This document shows, piece by piece, positions 1 to 10,110 of a DNA stretch of 64,000 nt. This stretch comes from Candidatus Moraniibacteriota bacterium. Lineage in GTDB: Bacteria > Patescibacteriota > Minisyncoccia > Moranbacterales > UBA1568. The notes beneath the pieces are model-generated. The model worked only from the letters and a program-made list of their open reading frames with translations. It made no database searches and was not told the origin of the DNA. Position numbers and translations under genes: made by a program. Each line of letters starts with the position of its first letter. Position 1 is the first letter of the stretch. The DNA is taken from NCBI GenBank assembly GCA_008012175.1, contig SSEF01000011.1, forward strand, positions 6,413-70,412, in the 5' to 3' direction.

Positions 1-1259
1 TCCTCGTGCGATAACCATGTCAACAGGGAGTAGATTTCTAAAAAACAAAAAAACTCAATTAGCTCTCGCTCGGAAACGAATATGCAAAAACAAAAAAACT
101 CACCGTCTTGGGTCCGATTGACATGCTTCTTGAGCGCCTCGTTAACAAAATCGTCTTGCTCCTCCGGCTCCCAAAGATGTCGAAGCCACCAAAAAAGGTA
201 GGCGCGGCACAGTGGGCAGTGGTGAGTCTTGGTCAATTCGCTCAAGTGACTTTTGCAAACTACGTGCGCCACCGGGAACCCGCATGGTAAATTCACCGGC
301 TCCTCAAATATGTCGAGGCAAATCGAGCAAGTGTTGTCGCTCTTAAACTTGTTCCAACGCTGTTCCAACAACTCGACTTGATCCGGCGCGGTGCCATTCT
401 TCTTATGCCACTCGAACAACCGTTCAATATCCTCCGACAGGGGCTTTTTCTTCTCCTCTTTCCGCTGTTGCGTCTGGGGCTTTTCTTCTTCAATCGTTGT
501 CGGCTCCCAGATCAGAGCCCTATCCGGCTCTCCTATAGCCGAGTCCCGAGTCATGATCGGCTCCCCGTTCGGGGCTCTCACCGTTTCTATCCTCTGATAC
601 ATGATCGGCTCCCCGTTCGAGTTTCTAATCGTCTCTATGCTCACAGCCGGAGAGTCATTGCTCGGAGCCGGAGAGTCATTGCTCGGAGCCGGAGAGTCGT
701 TGCTCGGAGCCGGTGGGTCAAGATGGTCGACGGCAGTCGGCCACGTCAGGAACGGCAGATCTTCGTCATTGTCTATGGTCGCTGGAGCGGGAGGAGTGGC
801 TGGAGCGGGAGGAGAAGTTCGCACGGGGCGGCTCAGTGTTTGCAAGGGCCTCTGACGCGGAGCTTGCATTGGGCGGCGAGCGCGAGTTCTTTCGGAACTC
901 GGCGGAATTGCTTCAACGGAGGGGCTGCGAGTTCGTGAAGATGACCCTCCTTCGTTAGTGGGTATCTCATAAACATCGTCATCCTCCATTTCTGTGGAAG
1001 TTGGAGAAGTGGTCGCCGTGGAAGTGGTTGGAGAAGTGGTCTCTGTAGCGAAAAGTTGATCTAGACTATGCACTATTGCGGCCCGCCTGGAGCTCGCCTG
1101 GAGCTGCTCCTGATCCGGTAGTGGTAAAAGATCGCGGCGGACCCACTCGATAAAAGCAGAGTGCCCCATCCTTCTGTCGTAGTGGAGCAAAGCCACAGCC
1201 GGATTACGCTTAGTAGTGCGCTTAGTAGTGCGCTTAGTAATTTTCTTATTTGAATTCAT
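1..1259 (-). CDS. RING-type zinc-finger protein with S/T/P-rich tandem repeats; 5' portion only, the ORF runs off the window start. A possible 3' intron lies at about 38-103.
   Basis: Own translation of the minus strand from the ATG at 1257-1259 shows no stop through position 1. It is not in the ORF track, presumably because there is no in-window stop. A C-terminal Cys/His cluster CSICLDIFEEPVNLPCGFPVAHVVCKSHLSELTKTHHCPLC is encoded near nt 100-330. Coding repeats (APSNDSP)x3 and (TKRT)x3 come from the 21-nt and 12-nt tandem repeats. GTGAGT...TTTTAG intron-like signals are at 103..38. Confidence 0.5.
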   Translation of the reverse strand, partial: MNSNKKITKRTTKRTTKRNPAVALLHYDRRMGHSAFIEWVRRDLLPLPDQEQLQASSRRAAIVHSLDQLFATETTSPTTSTATTSPTSTEMEDDDVYEIPTNEGGSSSRTRSPSVEAIPPSSERTRARRPMQAPRQRPLQTLSRPVRTSPPAPATPPAPATIDNDEDLPFLTWPTAVDHLDPPAPSNDSPAPSNDSPAPSNDSPAVSIETIRNSNGEPIMYQRIETVRAPNGEPIMTRDSAIGEPDRALIWEPTTIEEEKPQTQQRKEEKKKPLSEDIERLFEWHKKNGTAPDQVELLEQRWNKFKSDNTCSICLDIFEEPVNLPCGFPVAHVVCKSHLSELTKTHHCPLCRAYLFWWLRHLWEPEEQDDFVNEALKKHVNRTQDGEFFCFCIFVSERELIEFFCFLEIYSLLTWLSHE

Positions 1260-1802
1260 ATTCTAAAAAAGATTTTTAGTAGTTACTATACTAACACTGT
1301 AATTGCTGTTTTTTATACACAGAGCATCATACATGAACGAAACCGCCTCCTCGCTTCAACAAGTTACATGAACGCCAGAGGATATATAAACACCAATTTG
1401 AAGAAGAAGAAAATATCACCAACCAACAACTCGAAAATGGGAAAGATTAGAACAACAGTACAGCTGAGCCGGCCTCGTTCGCCTGTTGAAAGTGAAGCTA
1501 AAACTATGCACGGAACAGCAGCTGAGCACTCTTGGCCGGCCACGCGCGCCTGTGATCGATCAAGTTGCCATGAGAACGCGCGCCGGCGCCCTGGAGAAAT
1601 TTACCTGGCTTCAAAGAGATTACAAATCTCTAGGCCCGGTTCTCATCCCCGCTCTAATAAATCACAAACTAGTTCGTCTAGTCTATAACTCTAGACTGCA
1701 GAACGAAATAGTCGAAAGCTCTTTTGAATAATAAGCTCTCTAATAAAATGAACTCTCTCTTTTTGAAATTTAGATTTTATATTTGCGTTGTGTATAAAAA
1801 CG

Positions 1803-2545
1803 ATGCTCAACACTTCCAAGCCGATTAAAAAGCGAGCGCTCGAGGTGAACGAGCGCGTGAGCGTCTCTCATATATGTGCTGCGCTCGAGACTGGCGTGGC
1901 GAAACGAACCGATCTTGTCAAGCTGAGGCGCCGCAACACGGCTCGCAATTACTACAACGAGTATTACTTGCAGGAGGCGGGCTCGCTGCTGGCAAAGTTC
2001 CCGGCCTACGACTGGCTCGAGACTGTCGACCTGAACACGATTGTGGACGCGTGCCAGAACCTGGACCTCGATACGACGGCCGACGAGTTTGGCCCCGAGC
2101 CATATTTGGTTCTGGACCCCGACTCCGAGCCCGCTCGGGAGGCCTGCTGCAAAGACGCCTGGGTAGGTTTTTGCGCGCTTGTTTTTCTCTCTTCTCTCGC
2201 GTTCGTTCTCACTCTCGTCTAACGCTCTCTTCTCTCGTACTATAGACGCAACCACAGCACAAGGCCTGCAATCTCTTGTTGCAATCGCCAGCCCTGCACC
2301 GCCAAGACAAGGAGTTTTTAAAGTCGCTCTACGGCCACGTTTCGTTCGAAGAGGTCTTCTTGATTGCGCACGGCCTCATTTGCCTCGACTTTCACATTTT
2401 GCCGTGCTCGCTCTACGGCCCGGCCGCCTCCGAGATTGCGAGATATCTCTTGCGCATTTTTTCGCGGCCGCGCGAGCAGATTCGCCAGGACCTGCTCGAC
2501 GACCCGTTTAAAACTATTAAAGACGGAAATATTTTGTGCTTTTAA
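1803..2545 (+). CDS. Hypothetical protein, 2 exons (1803..2162, 2246..2545), with an 83-nt GT-AG intron at 2163..2245.
   Basis: ORFs 1788..2222 and 2276..2545 are joined in phase by the GTAGGT donor after ...CCKDAW and the pyrimidine-rich CGTACTATAG acceptor. AATAAA overlaps the stop at about 2545-2550. Confidence 0.45.
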
Positions 2546-2659
2546 ATAAATGTTTTATTTGTATATAAAAAATCTCTTTTTTATTTTTGCGTGTGGGTGA
2601 AGCTCTTGTAAAGGAGGGCCCTTATGACTGCCAAAAAGTGCGCCTTGCCGACGGCTCGC

Positions 2660-3322
2660 TCAGGTCCTGAACGCGCGGAAAGTAATGTTTATGCGCCGCT
2701 CGTTCGGGTCGCTCTTCACGACGTTGCTCTTTTTTAAAACTTCGTGTTTGTGGGTCTGCTGCAAGCAGCCACCCATTATCAGCAAGGTACCGTCCCTGAC
2801 CAAGACGCTGAGGCCAGGCCGACCAGGCCAGTTGGACGTGAGCCGAAACTCCCGCTCGGCCGGCCCAAATGTCCAGCTGAAAATGGGCGCCCGCCAGACC
2901 AGCTCCTTTTCGTCGTCGGCGTGGCGGCCGATGGAGCCGCTCGGGTCGTACCAGTTTATGAGGCACTGGTTCGGGGGCTCCGCCTTCTCCGCGGCCGCCC
3001 ACTCCTTGGCCTCCGCAAAGAGGCGACTCACCGACGGGGGCAGGGCTTCGATGGGCTCGGCTTCGTGGTCCACTCCACTAAAACTATATGCAACCCCGTA
3101 GTTTTTCGTATAGCGGTTGGCCTGCTTGACGACGCCGCCGATGCGAACGACCGCCCGTTCTAGCGGCTTTGCACGCCACAAATCCTCAAAGTCCTGGGTG
3201 CTGAGCGCGCCCTCGACCCGCCTCGCGCCCAACCAGCTTTCGTGCTCGCCGCGCCCGCTTAGTACAATCTTTTGATAGGCCGCCGTGGGTTCGAACCATT
3301 GTCTCGGCCGCTCTGTCGTCAT
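2660..3322 (-). CDS. alkB: AlkB-family 2OG-Fe(II) oxygenase, for DNA/RNA alkylation repair.
   Basis: 220-aa ORF carrying NWYDPSGSIGRHADDE (HxD), a downstream THKHEV His, and a C-terminal RINITFR. Order and spacing are typical of AlkB/ALKBH. A TATA (GCAATATAAAGCC on the minus strand) lies about 50 nt upstream. Confidence 0.7.
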   Translation of the reverse strand: MTTERPRQWFEPTAAYQKIVLSGRGEHESWLGARRVEGALSTQDFEDLWRAKPLERAVVRIGGVVKQANRYTKNYGVAYSFSGVDHEAEPIEALPPSVSRLFAEAKEWAAAEKAEPPNQCLINWYDPSGSIGRHADDEKELVWRAPIFSWTFGPAEREFRLTSNWPGRPGLSVLVRDGTLLIMGGCLQQTHKHEVLKKSNVVKSDPNERRINITFRAFRT

Positions 3323-3400
3323 TGCTCTTTTATTGTGTGCTCTGTGAGAACATTTCGCCGGCGGCTTTATATTGCATGCGAGAGAGCGCGAGAAGAGGAG

Positions 3401-4315
3401 TTACGAGACGTACATGACGAGCACAACAACAAGAACAAGTCCAATCACCACAAGCGGCATCATGAGCCCGGAGAAGAGGCCCTGCAAAATGTCCCCAAAG
3501 GTCTCGGTGCGCTCGACCGTGCTCGTGCTCGTGTCCGCCGTGCTGTTGGTCTGAAGGTCGGCCGAGCGGACCATCTTGAATATGTCGCTCGTGTCGAGCG
3601 TGCGCTCAAAGAGCGCCAGCAACTGGAAGTTGGCAAAGAGCTGCGCCAGCGCGTCCGCCTCCTGCTCGGTCTCGATAGACACAAACTGCACGTTGTGTGC
3701 GCTCTTGATAGAGACCGAGTGGCTTTGGCGCGCGTTCTGCTCGAAGAGCGAGGCAAAGTCGATTCGACTAATGTTGGTTGCAAACTCGCCGCGCAGCCGC
3801 TCCAGTCGAGTGGAGTAGTTGCGGGAGAGCTCGTCGCTGCTCGAAATTACGTTGCCAATGTCGGTCTGCTGCTTGTCGCCGCCGCCAATCGCTTGCAAAA
3901 ACTCCGAGACCATCGACGTGTTCTTCTCCCTGCTGATGGCCGAGCGCAAGGCGCTCACGTTTTCGCGGCGAAACGCCTCGTCGATCTCGTTGAGGAAGCT
4001 GGCAAACTCCGTGATCAGGGACCTCTGGAACAATTGATTGGTGCACTCGGCCAGGTTGATGAGGCGGGCCCGCTGCCTTAGCCTTATCTGGACCGGGCCC
4101 GAATCCGCCACCGACCCGAGCTCTACCGTCGAGGATTGGAAGACGGTGGCTGCGCTCTTCACCGACTGGGCTATGAGCGTCTGCTGGATGTTGGCGAGGT
4201 GAACAGCGTTCTTCTGCTCCCAGCTTTCGGTCGAGGCGGTCCGGACCTGGTACTTTATTTCGGACTTGAGCGTCGTCGAATCTATCGACGGGCCAAAGAG
4301 GCCTTTCAGTAGCAT
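3401..4315 (-). CDS. Tail-anchored coiled-coil membrane protein.
   Basis: 304-aa ORF. It is a long polar, helical protein ending in the hydrophobic stretch MMPLVVIGLVLVVVLVMYVS. An AT-rich region lies upstream. Confidence 0.5.
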   Translation of the reverse strand: MLLKGLFGPSIDSTTLKSEIKYQVRTASTESWEQKNAVHLANIQQTLIAQSVKSAATVFQSSTVELGSVADSGPVQIRLRQRARLINLAECTNQLFQRSLITEFASFLNEIDEAFRRENVSALRSAISREKNTSMVSEFLQAIGGGDKQQTDIGNVISSSDELSRNYSTRLERLRGEFATNISRIDFASLFEQNARQSHSVSIKSAHNVQFVSIETEQEADALAQLFANFQLLALFERTLDTSDIFKMVRSADLQTNSTADTSTSTVERTETFGDILQGLFSGLMMPLVVIGLVLVVVLVMYVS

Positions 4316-4417
4316 AATGTGTGTGTGTACGCACTCAAAACAGAGAAAAACGAAAAAAGAGCGGTTTACATAAAAATTTTATTAAAAGAGAAATATTTTA
4401 GTTCAAAAATAAAAAAG

Positions 4418-5794
4418 CTAGTTAGCCCGGCTCGCTCGTCCCTGCTGCCAGAGCAGCTTCAATTCGTTCGTGGCGTTGAGAGTACTTCTGGCGTACTTTT
4501 CAATCTTCATTATGCGTTGCGCCATGCTGCTGATTGGCACTCGGATGGGACCGGCGTTTCCGTCGCTACAAGTCTCCGTCGCTCTCTTCCTTCGCGGACT
4601 GGCTGCCTTCCCCGGCTCGCCTTCCGTTACTTCTACCGATTCCTCCTCCTCGTCCTTCGAAGCGGCGTCTTCGTCTTCCTCCTCGTCCTTCGAAGCGGCG
4701 TCTTCGTCTTCCTCCTCGTCCTTCGAAGCGGCGTCTTCGTCTTCCTCCTCCTCATCCTCCGAGGACGCCCCAGCCTTCTCCTCCTCGACCTTGCCATCAT
4801 TAGTTTTAGCTCCAATATCAGCACCTTTCTCTACTAGAGACTTGACAATGTGCCACTGGCCAGCCTGAGCGGCGAGGTGGAGTGCCGTCTTGCCGCCCAC
4901 CTCCTCAGCCTTCTCTTGTGAGATCTTGCCCACCTCCTCGACCTTGTCCTGCGGAGTCTGGTCAACCTCAGCTTTCTCCTCAGCTTTCTCCTCGGCCTTG
5001 TCCTGCGAAGTCTTATCCGCCTCGGCCTTGTCCTCGGCCTTGTCCTGCGAAGTCTTATCCGCCTCGGCCTTGTCCTCGGCCTTGTCCTGCGAGATCTTGT
5101 CCTGCGAGGCCTCATCTTCCTTAGCCTTAAGCGGCCCTAATCCAAATCCACTAGACGGTCCAAATCCACCACCTCCGGTCGTGCTTGTCGTCGTTGTAGG
5201 CTGGGAGCGTCCGAAAGTGAACGGTGTAGACAATTTGCTCACCGTCGTCGTGTTCGCCATGTTCGCCGTGGACTGGGATTGTCCGAATCCAGAGGAGGCT
5301 GTCGTTGATCCAAACGCTCCGCCTCCGGTCGTACTTGTCGTGGTCGTACTTGTCGTGATAATCTTGCCTGTTGTGCTTATCGTGCCTGTCGTTGATCCAA
5401 ACAATCCGCCCCCGGTCGTACTTGTCGTACTGGTCCTATTTGTCGTGCGAGGCGGGCTCGTCGGGCTGGGCGGGTCCGGAACGTAAATAGCCGAACAGGC
5501 TCTACAAATATGCAAAAAGCTTGGCCCGTTGTGATAGTGATCCCCTTGCTTGGCTGATGCGGAATTCAACCAATCCGGGGCGTAAATGGCCGAACAGTTC
5601 CAACATTTATGTAAAAAGGGCGGTCCCGCGTGTATGTGCTCTTTTGGACGCGGCTGGCCAAATATATCATAACCCGGCTTAGGAAGGTCGGCCTTCTGCG
5701 AACTTCTGGACAAGCTATGCAAATCGTTTCTATTGGAACATTTGTGCATCCCAAAAGCCGAGAGTTGGCCTCCGCAAGAAGTGCAAATTGGCAT
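4418..5794 (-). CDS. Low-complexity repeat protein with duplicated Cys/His modules, one ankyrin repeat, and acidic repeats.
   Basis: 458-aa ORF. Two copies of an HxCxxCSAIY(A/V)PD module are present. There is a Thr-rich tract and KAEDKAEADKTSQD repeats. ALHLAAQAGQWHIVKSLVEKGADIGAKTNDG is ankyrin-like. EEEDEDAASKD occurs x3, from a 33-nt DNA repeat at about 4620-4760. A TATAAAT-like element lies upstream near 5805. Confidence 0.5.
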   Translation of the reverse strand: MPICTSCGGQLSAFGMHKCSNRNDLHSLSRSSQKADLPKPGYDIFGQPRPKEHIHAGPPFLHKCWNCSAIYAPDWLNSASAKQGDHYHNGPSFLHICRACSAIYVPDPPSPTSPPRTTNRTSTTSTTGGGLFGSTTGTISTTGKIITTSTTTTSTTGGGAFGSTTASSGFGQSQSTANMANTTTVSKLSTPFTFGRSQPTTTTSTTGGGGFGPSSGFGLGPLKAKEDEASQDKISQDKAEDKAEADKTSQDKAEDKAEADKTSQDKAEEKAEEKAEVDQTPQDKVEEVGKISQEKAEEVGGKTALHLAAQAGQWHIVKSLVEKGADIGAKTNDGKVEEEKAGASSEDEEEEDEDAASKDEEEDEDAASKDEEEDEDAASKDEEEESVEVTEGEPGKAASPRRKRATETCSDGNAGPIRVPISSMAQRIMKIEKYARSTLNATNELKLLWQQGRASRAN

Positions 5795-6126
5795 GATGAG
5801 TATAAATTAGAAGTGCGCGAGTAGCTCTTTTTTTCTAAAAACTCTTTTAAGTGCCCCATACACCGCGAAAAATGTACGGTCTTTTGTATGGCTCCGTTGC
5901 CAACGTGGCTCAAACACATCCGTTCCGAATCGAGATTGTTCTCGAGCCCGGGAGCTTTATCGTTGCCACTAACGACAACATTCCGGTATGAGTAAAAAAC
6001 AAAAAACGCATAGCAACGATTAGTGAGACTGAAATTTTATTTTAAAAAAAAAGAAAACGTTTCATTTCGGAACGGAGCGATCGTGCACGGTCCTCGCCGA
6101 GGCGCTCAACTTCAAGAGCGAGGCGC

Positions 6127-6708
6127 TCAAGACCGAGGCGATCGCGAAGGATCTGGCGAGCGCCGGCCAGTTGCTTCTCGAAGTCTTTTACGCCCATCCC
6201 GATCTGTACGCGTACTCGATTGTTTACATTTGGCCCCGCGCTTCCGCCGCCGTCTCCGCCGTCGCCGCTTCTTAGGGGCCGTCGTCGGCAAATCAGCTGG
6301 CAATTCGGTAGGCAGCGCCGCCGGCCACGGGTCCGCCGTGTTCTTTGCTTCGCGCAGCCACTCAGTCACTTGTCGCTTGTTGGGCAGGCAGCGGTCGCAA
6401 TAGAGGTGCCCTGTGGCCAGAACGTCGCCTGGCGCGATCCGGAACTCAAACTCGCCTTCGTTCCTCATTGCCAATTTGCACAGGGAGCCGTCGACTTGGA
6501 CGGGGCAGAGTCCCACGTCCACGCCGTAGGCGGCCAGGACAGGCGAGCTCAGCAAACACGTCCTGCGCCCGCGCGCCGGAGACGAGCAGGAGCAGACGGC
6601 CTCGGCCGTGAACGTGGCGTTTACGAGACGCCAATTTTGTGCGTGCGGGAGCTTGGTTGCGAGCGTGATTTCGTGCGTGGCGTACAGGACGAATGCTCGA
6701 GACGACAT
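6127..6708 (-). CDS. Hypothetical protein with a degenerate dUTPase-like segment and a basic KKRRRRRRRRKR tail. The 3' end is uncertain.
   Basis: ORF 6127..6756; the probable start MSSRAF is at 6708, with TGTATATAAAAAC about 40 nt upstream. SPARG..AAYGVDVGL..VQVDGS..NEGEFEFRIAPGDVLATG weakly parallels dUTPase motifs II-IV. Motif V is absent. Confidence 0.35.
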   Translation of the reverse strand: MSSRAFVLYATHEITLATKLPHAQNWRLVNATFTAEAVCSCSSPARGRRTCLLSSPVLAAYGVDVGLCPVQVDGSLCKLAMRNEGEFEFRIAPGDVLATGHLYCDRCLPNKRQVTEWLREAKNTADPWPAALPTELPADLPTTAPKKRRRRRRRRKRGAKCKQSSTRTDRDGRKRLREATGRRSPDPSRSPRS

Positions 6709-6758
6709 TTTTTGTGCATAAAAGAGGAAGCGAGCAACAAGAGTTTTTATATACAATC

Positions 6759-7040
6759 ATGTTTGCTTCGCTTCTACTTCTTCTCGCTACTATTGCTCTC
6801 GCAGCAGGCATCACTCAGGCTCAATACATCAAACCCAACTTGGCCGACGACGACCAGCGGGACTTTGTGTGGACCTCCCGAAAAACCCTGCTCGTGGACG
6901 CGTGGCTCAAACTCTTCGCGGCCGTCGGCACGGCCCTCCAAGAGGCGCGCAACAACACAAACATCACTTTGGTCGACGTCTCTTGCAGCCTCGGCTCGAT
7001 GCTAAAACGTCTCACTAGCATGTCGGTACAGTGCGTCTAG
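6759..7040 (+). CDS. Small protein with an N-terminal signal-peptide-like segment.
   Basis: ATG at 6759 within ORF 6693..7040. MFASLLLLLATIALAAGITQAQ is signal-peptide-like. TTTTTATATAC lies only about 14 nt upstream. Confidence 0.35.
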   Translation: MFASLLLLLATIALAAGITQAQYIKPNLADDDQRDFVWTSRKTLLVDAWLKLFAAVGTALQEARNNTNITLVDVSCSLGSMLKRLTSMSVQCV

Positions 7041-7089
7041 CATTCTTCGTCGTCCGACTCTTCGTTTTCCTCTTTTTAATAAAAATTTT

Positions 7090-7389
<300 letters not shown>

Positions 7390-7470
7390 GGAATTTTTCC
7401 AATTTGCTTGCTAGAAAAGAGAATGGGGAAAAAGAAAGATCACACTCTTGTATATTAAAAAAAGAGTATG

Positions 7471-7580
7471 TGCTCGTTAGTGCTCTCGGGGAGCGTGCTC
7501 GTTAGTGAAACAAAACAAAACAAAACAAAAAACGAGGAGCTCGTTAGTGCTAGTGCTAGTGCTCGTTAGTGATCGTTGGT
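7471..7580. repeat. Intergenic repeat cluster: GCTCGTTAGTG x5 and (AAACA)n.
   Basis: Direct reading. It lies between the minus genes 7090..7389 and 7566..7772. Confidence 0.8.
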
Positions 7581-7772
7581 GCAGGAGCCGGCTAACGTTA
7601 GGCTGGGCACCTTCAATAGCAGGACGCCCTTCTGATTGGCGTCCTTCTGGGCGCTCTCCGCCAGGATCGCTTTGTAGAGCTCGGAAACACACATCGGTCC
7701 GTGTTCGAGGATGGTGAAGGCGATCAGCGAATAGAACGTCTCGACAGTCACGGGAGCTTTGTCATTGAGCAT
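7566..7772 (-). CDS. Small hypothetical protein. The start is placed at the Met downstream of the shared TATA.
   Basis: ORF 7566..7883. The palindromic TATTTATATAC at about 7802-7812 lies inside the longer ORF, so the Met at 7772 (MLNDKAPVTV...) is the more plausible start. Confidence 0.3.
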   Translation of the reverse strand: MLNDKAPVTVETFYSLIAFTILEHGPMCVSELYKAILAESAQKDANQKGVLLLKVPSLTLAGSCTNDH

Positions 7773-7799
7773 TGTTGCGACCGCCCAAAACCTGCCTAC

Positions 7800-7814
7800 T
7801 GTATATAAATAGTT
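7800..7814. promoter_or_regulatory. TATA box TGTATATAAATAG, 47 nt upstream of the 7849 ATG.
   Basis: Direct reading. Confidence 0.5.
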
Positions 7815-7848
7815 AGACACATACGTCATTTCGCCAAAAGACACAAAC

Positions 7849-10045
7849 ATGGGTCTGCTCTTCCAAGGACTAAGGCCCGCCATAACAAACTATCTGACTC
7901 AACATGCAAACATCTTTATCAAGTACACGCACATGCAAACCGACTGCGGACAGTGCCACGGCGACCCGAGCAAGTGCGCCGCTGTCAATTGCGCCGCGAG
8001 CCGCGCCGACAAGTCATCGGTAGTCGCCTGCTTCTACCAGAACCCCGACTACGACTCGGCCCGGCCTCTATGCAGTCTTGCGTTGTCCAAAGTAAAAATA
8101 GACGAGACCCTCATCTGGCCCGTCCGCTACTGGTTCTACCGGCTCGTCTCCCTCGTCGAAAACCTGCGCCTCATCAACTACAAGGTGCCCGTCGAATGGC
8201 TCGTCTTTCCAGCCCCTGTGTTTGAGAACCAGGTCTACATCAATTTTTTTGCGTTCGCTCTCGTCGTCCTCAACCGCTTCGCCGACTTTGATCTGCTCAC
8301 GTTCGAACGCTTCAAATCGGCCGTCCTCGTGCCGCTCGTTAAATTTATGCAGCCCGGCAGCGAGCACTTTGTCTTCAACCGGCACCTGCTCAATTTCGCC
8401 CTTGCCGTCACATGCGGCCCTGGCTCAGGCCGTGGCAGCTCAAAATCACATTTGGCCCGCTTCCTCAAGGAGTTTATCGTGGCTCTCTACGACGGATCCG
8501 ACAACGCCGCCTGCAATCAGCTCCTTGCCGACGTGGACGCGTTCGCGGCCGCCGCCAACGAAACCAGCTGCTACGGGCTGGGCTTTGAGGCCTTCGAGAG
8601 CATACACAAGGAGATTTTTCTACACGGCGAGAAGCTCTACACTTGGCAGGCCCTCAGGTTTCCTCCCTCTCTTCTTCCTCTTCTTCCTCGCTTTACCTTT
8701 TCTCTCTTTCATTGTGCTTTTACTCCCCACCAAAAGTGAACAGATCCGGACAGCCGTCTCGCTCAATCACTGCATCCTCATTCACAACTTCGACTCGCTC
8801 CCCGAGAACGACGTGTTCTCGGCGACCAAGAAACGACGAAACTCGCGCCGCTGCCATTTGTACGAACAGACCACGTTAGCGCACATGTGCTCGCCGAAGC
8901 GCTCACCACACGACATTTACATTATATCGACGTGCCATAACGCCGACATTGTGCGCTGCTATCGGCTCTTGTGCCCGCGCTACATACGCCAAGAGGCGGC
9001 CAAGGAGCGGCGCAAACAAACCCCGGCCGACCTCTACACTTTTTGCGCCAACGAACACTTCTCCTTCGACCGGCTCGTTGGCGAGCTCCAGCAACTGGAC
9101 GATTTTCTCGGCAGCATCAGTCTCGGCAGCGCCAGCGAGCAGCCAGACAACCCGCCGAGGCTGCGTTTCTTTGCAAACACGACCTGGCAGGACGCGTTCC
9201 TCATTCTGGAGATATTTGTGACTTCGCTCTTCCTCAACTCGGCCTCGTCCGCGCAAACGTCGAAGCGGCGGGCCGCTCTAGTCAAGATTGTGGACGCGAC
9301 AGGCTACCATTTGGCCGCGAACAAGTACAACACGTTCGAGATCAACAACTTGCTCAACATTTACCGCTTGGACATTCTCGTGGCTTTTCTCGTCTGGTAC
9401 CTGCTCAACGACAAGCGAAACATAGCCCTCGTGACGGCCTGGCAGCCCTCGCTCTTAAATTTTACGATTTTTGACTTGTGGGCTGCCCTGGCCCAGCAAA
9501 ATTGCGCCGTGGCCGATACGCTCTCGCGACTCTTTTACGAAGTCAAGTCGTTCGGCTCGCTCCAAATCAAGTGCACCACATCTTTTGCGCGGCAACTCCG
9601 CCTCGGCCCGTATCGGCGGGTCGTGGCCAAATCTCCACACAAACATAAACGCCTGCAGCACGTCTTTGTCAATCGCTTGGCGCGCCGCTCGCTCGCCCAT
9701 TTCTCGATCGAACGGGACCAGTATGTGGACCAGTCGGCCGCGGCGGCGGACACGGTTCGGACATTTGTTTACGGCAGTCAGCCACAAAGGCCGCCCATTT
9801 TTGAGCTGGAGCAGCAAGACTTTCCAATGGCCCCTTGTCCGGGCGATTTCGAGTCCGGGCCAGAGAGGCAGCAAGACTTTGAGCAGCCGCAGCACTATGA
9901 CTGGCCGCCGGATCCTTCGCCGGATACTTTTTGGCCTAGCGAGTTTGCAACAACCTGGCCACATTCCCTCGTCTCCGGACCGGCGGACGTATCGTACTCT
10001 AACAACAACAACAAGACTCTCAACACCCCGCCACATTTGCTCTAA
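7849..10045 (+). CDS. Large hypothetical protein of about 700 aa, 2 exons (7849..8657, 8737..10045), with a 79-nt intron.
   Basis: ORFs 7849..8739 and 8222..10045 are joined in phase by the donor CAG|GTTTCC and the acceptor CCACCAAAAG. The intron is pyrimidine-rich. The TATA CTGTATATAAATAG lies about 47 nt upstream. Confidence 0.5.
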
Positions 10046-10110
10046 CCGTTGTTTGTTGCATTTAGTCGTTTAATTTTGTGTGCGCACGCGCTTCCGTGCA
10101 ACTAGCTACC

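Noticed and set aside
378-938. Plus-strand ORFs (378..938, 391..597, 601..855, 713..958) full of tandem repeats.
   Set aside because: They are antisense to the long minus-strand RING-finger gene and derive from reading its 21-nt coding repeats on the wrong strand.
3372-3554. Numerous 60-150-aa ORFs in the track antisense to larger genes (e.g. 3372..3554, 12394..12918, 15118..15705, 31416..31844).
   Set aside because: They are GC-rich antisense read-throughs with Arg/Pro/Ala-rich junk composition and no promoter or poly(A) context.
5872-6275. Possible small 2-exon plus-strand gene (MYGLLYGSVANV... GTATGAGT donor at about 5988, acceptor near 6060, exon 2 ending at the TAG at 6273).
   Set aside because: It overlaps the 3' end of the minus gene 6127..6708, which has its own TATA and a longer ORF. 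The acceptor is poor (A-rich). Kept only as a low-probability alternative.
8222-8738. The 5' 170 codons of ORF 8222..10045 (Ser/Thr/Pro-rich).
   Set aside because: It is an out-of-frame overlap with exon 1 of the 7849 gene. Only the part downstream of the acceptor at 8737 is joined to the gene.
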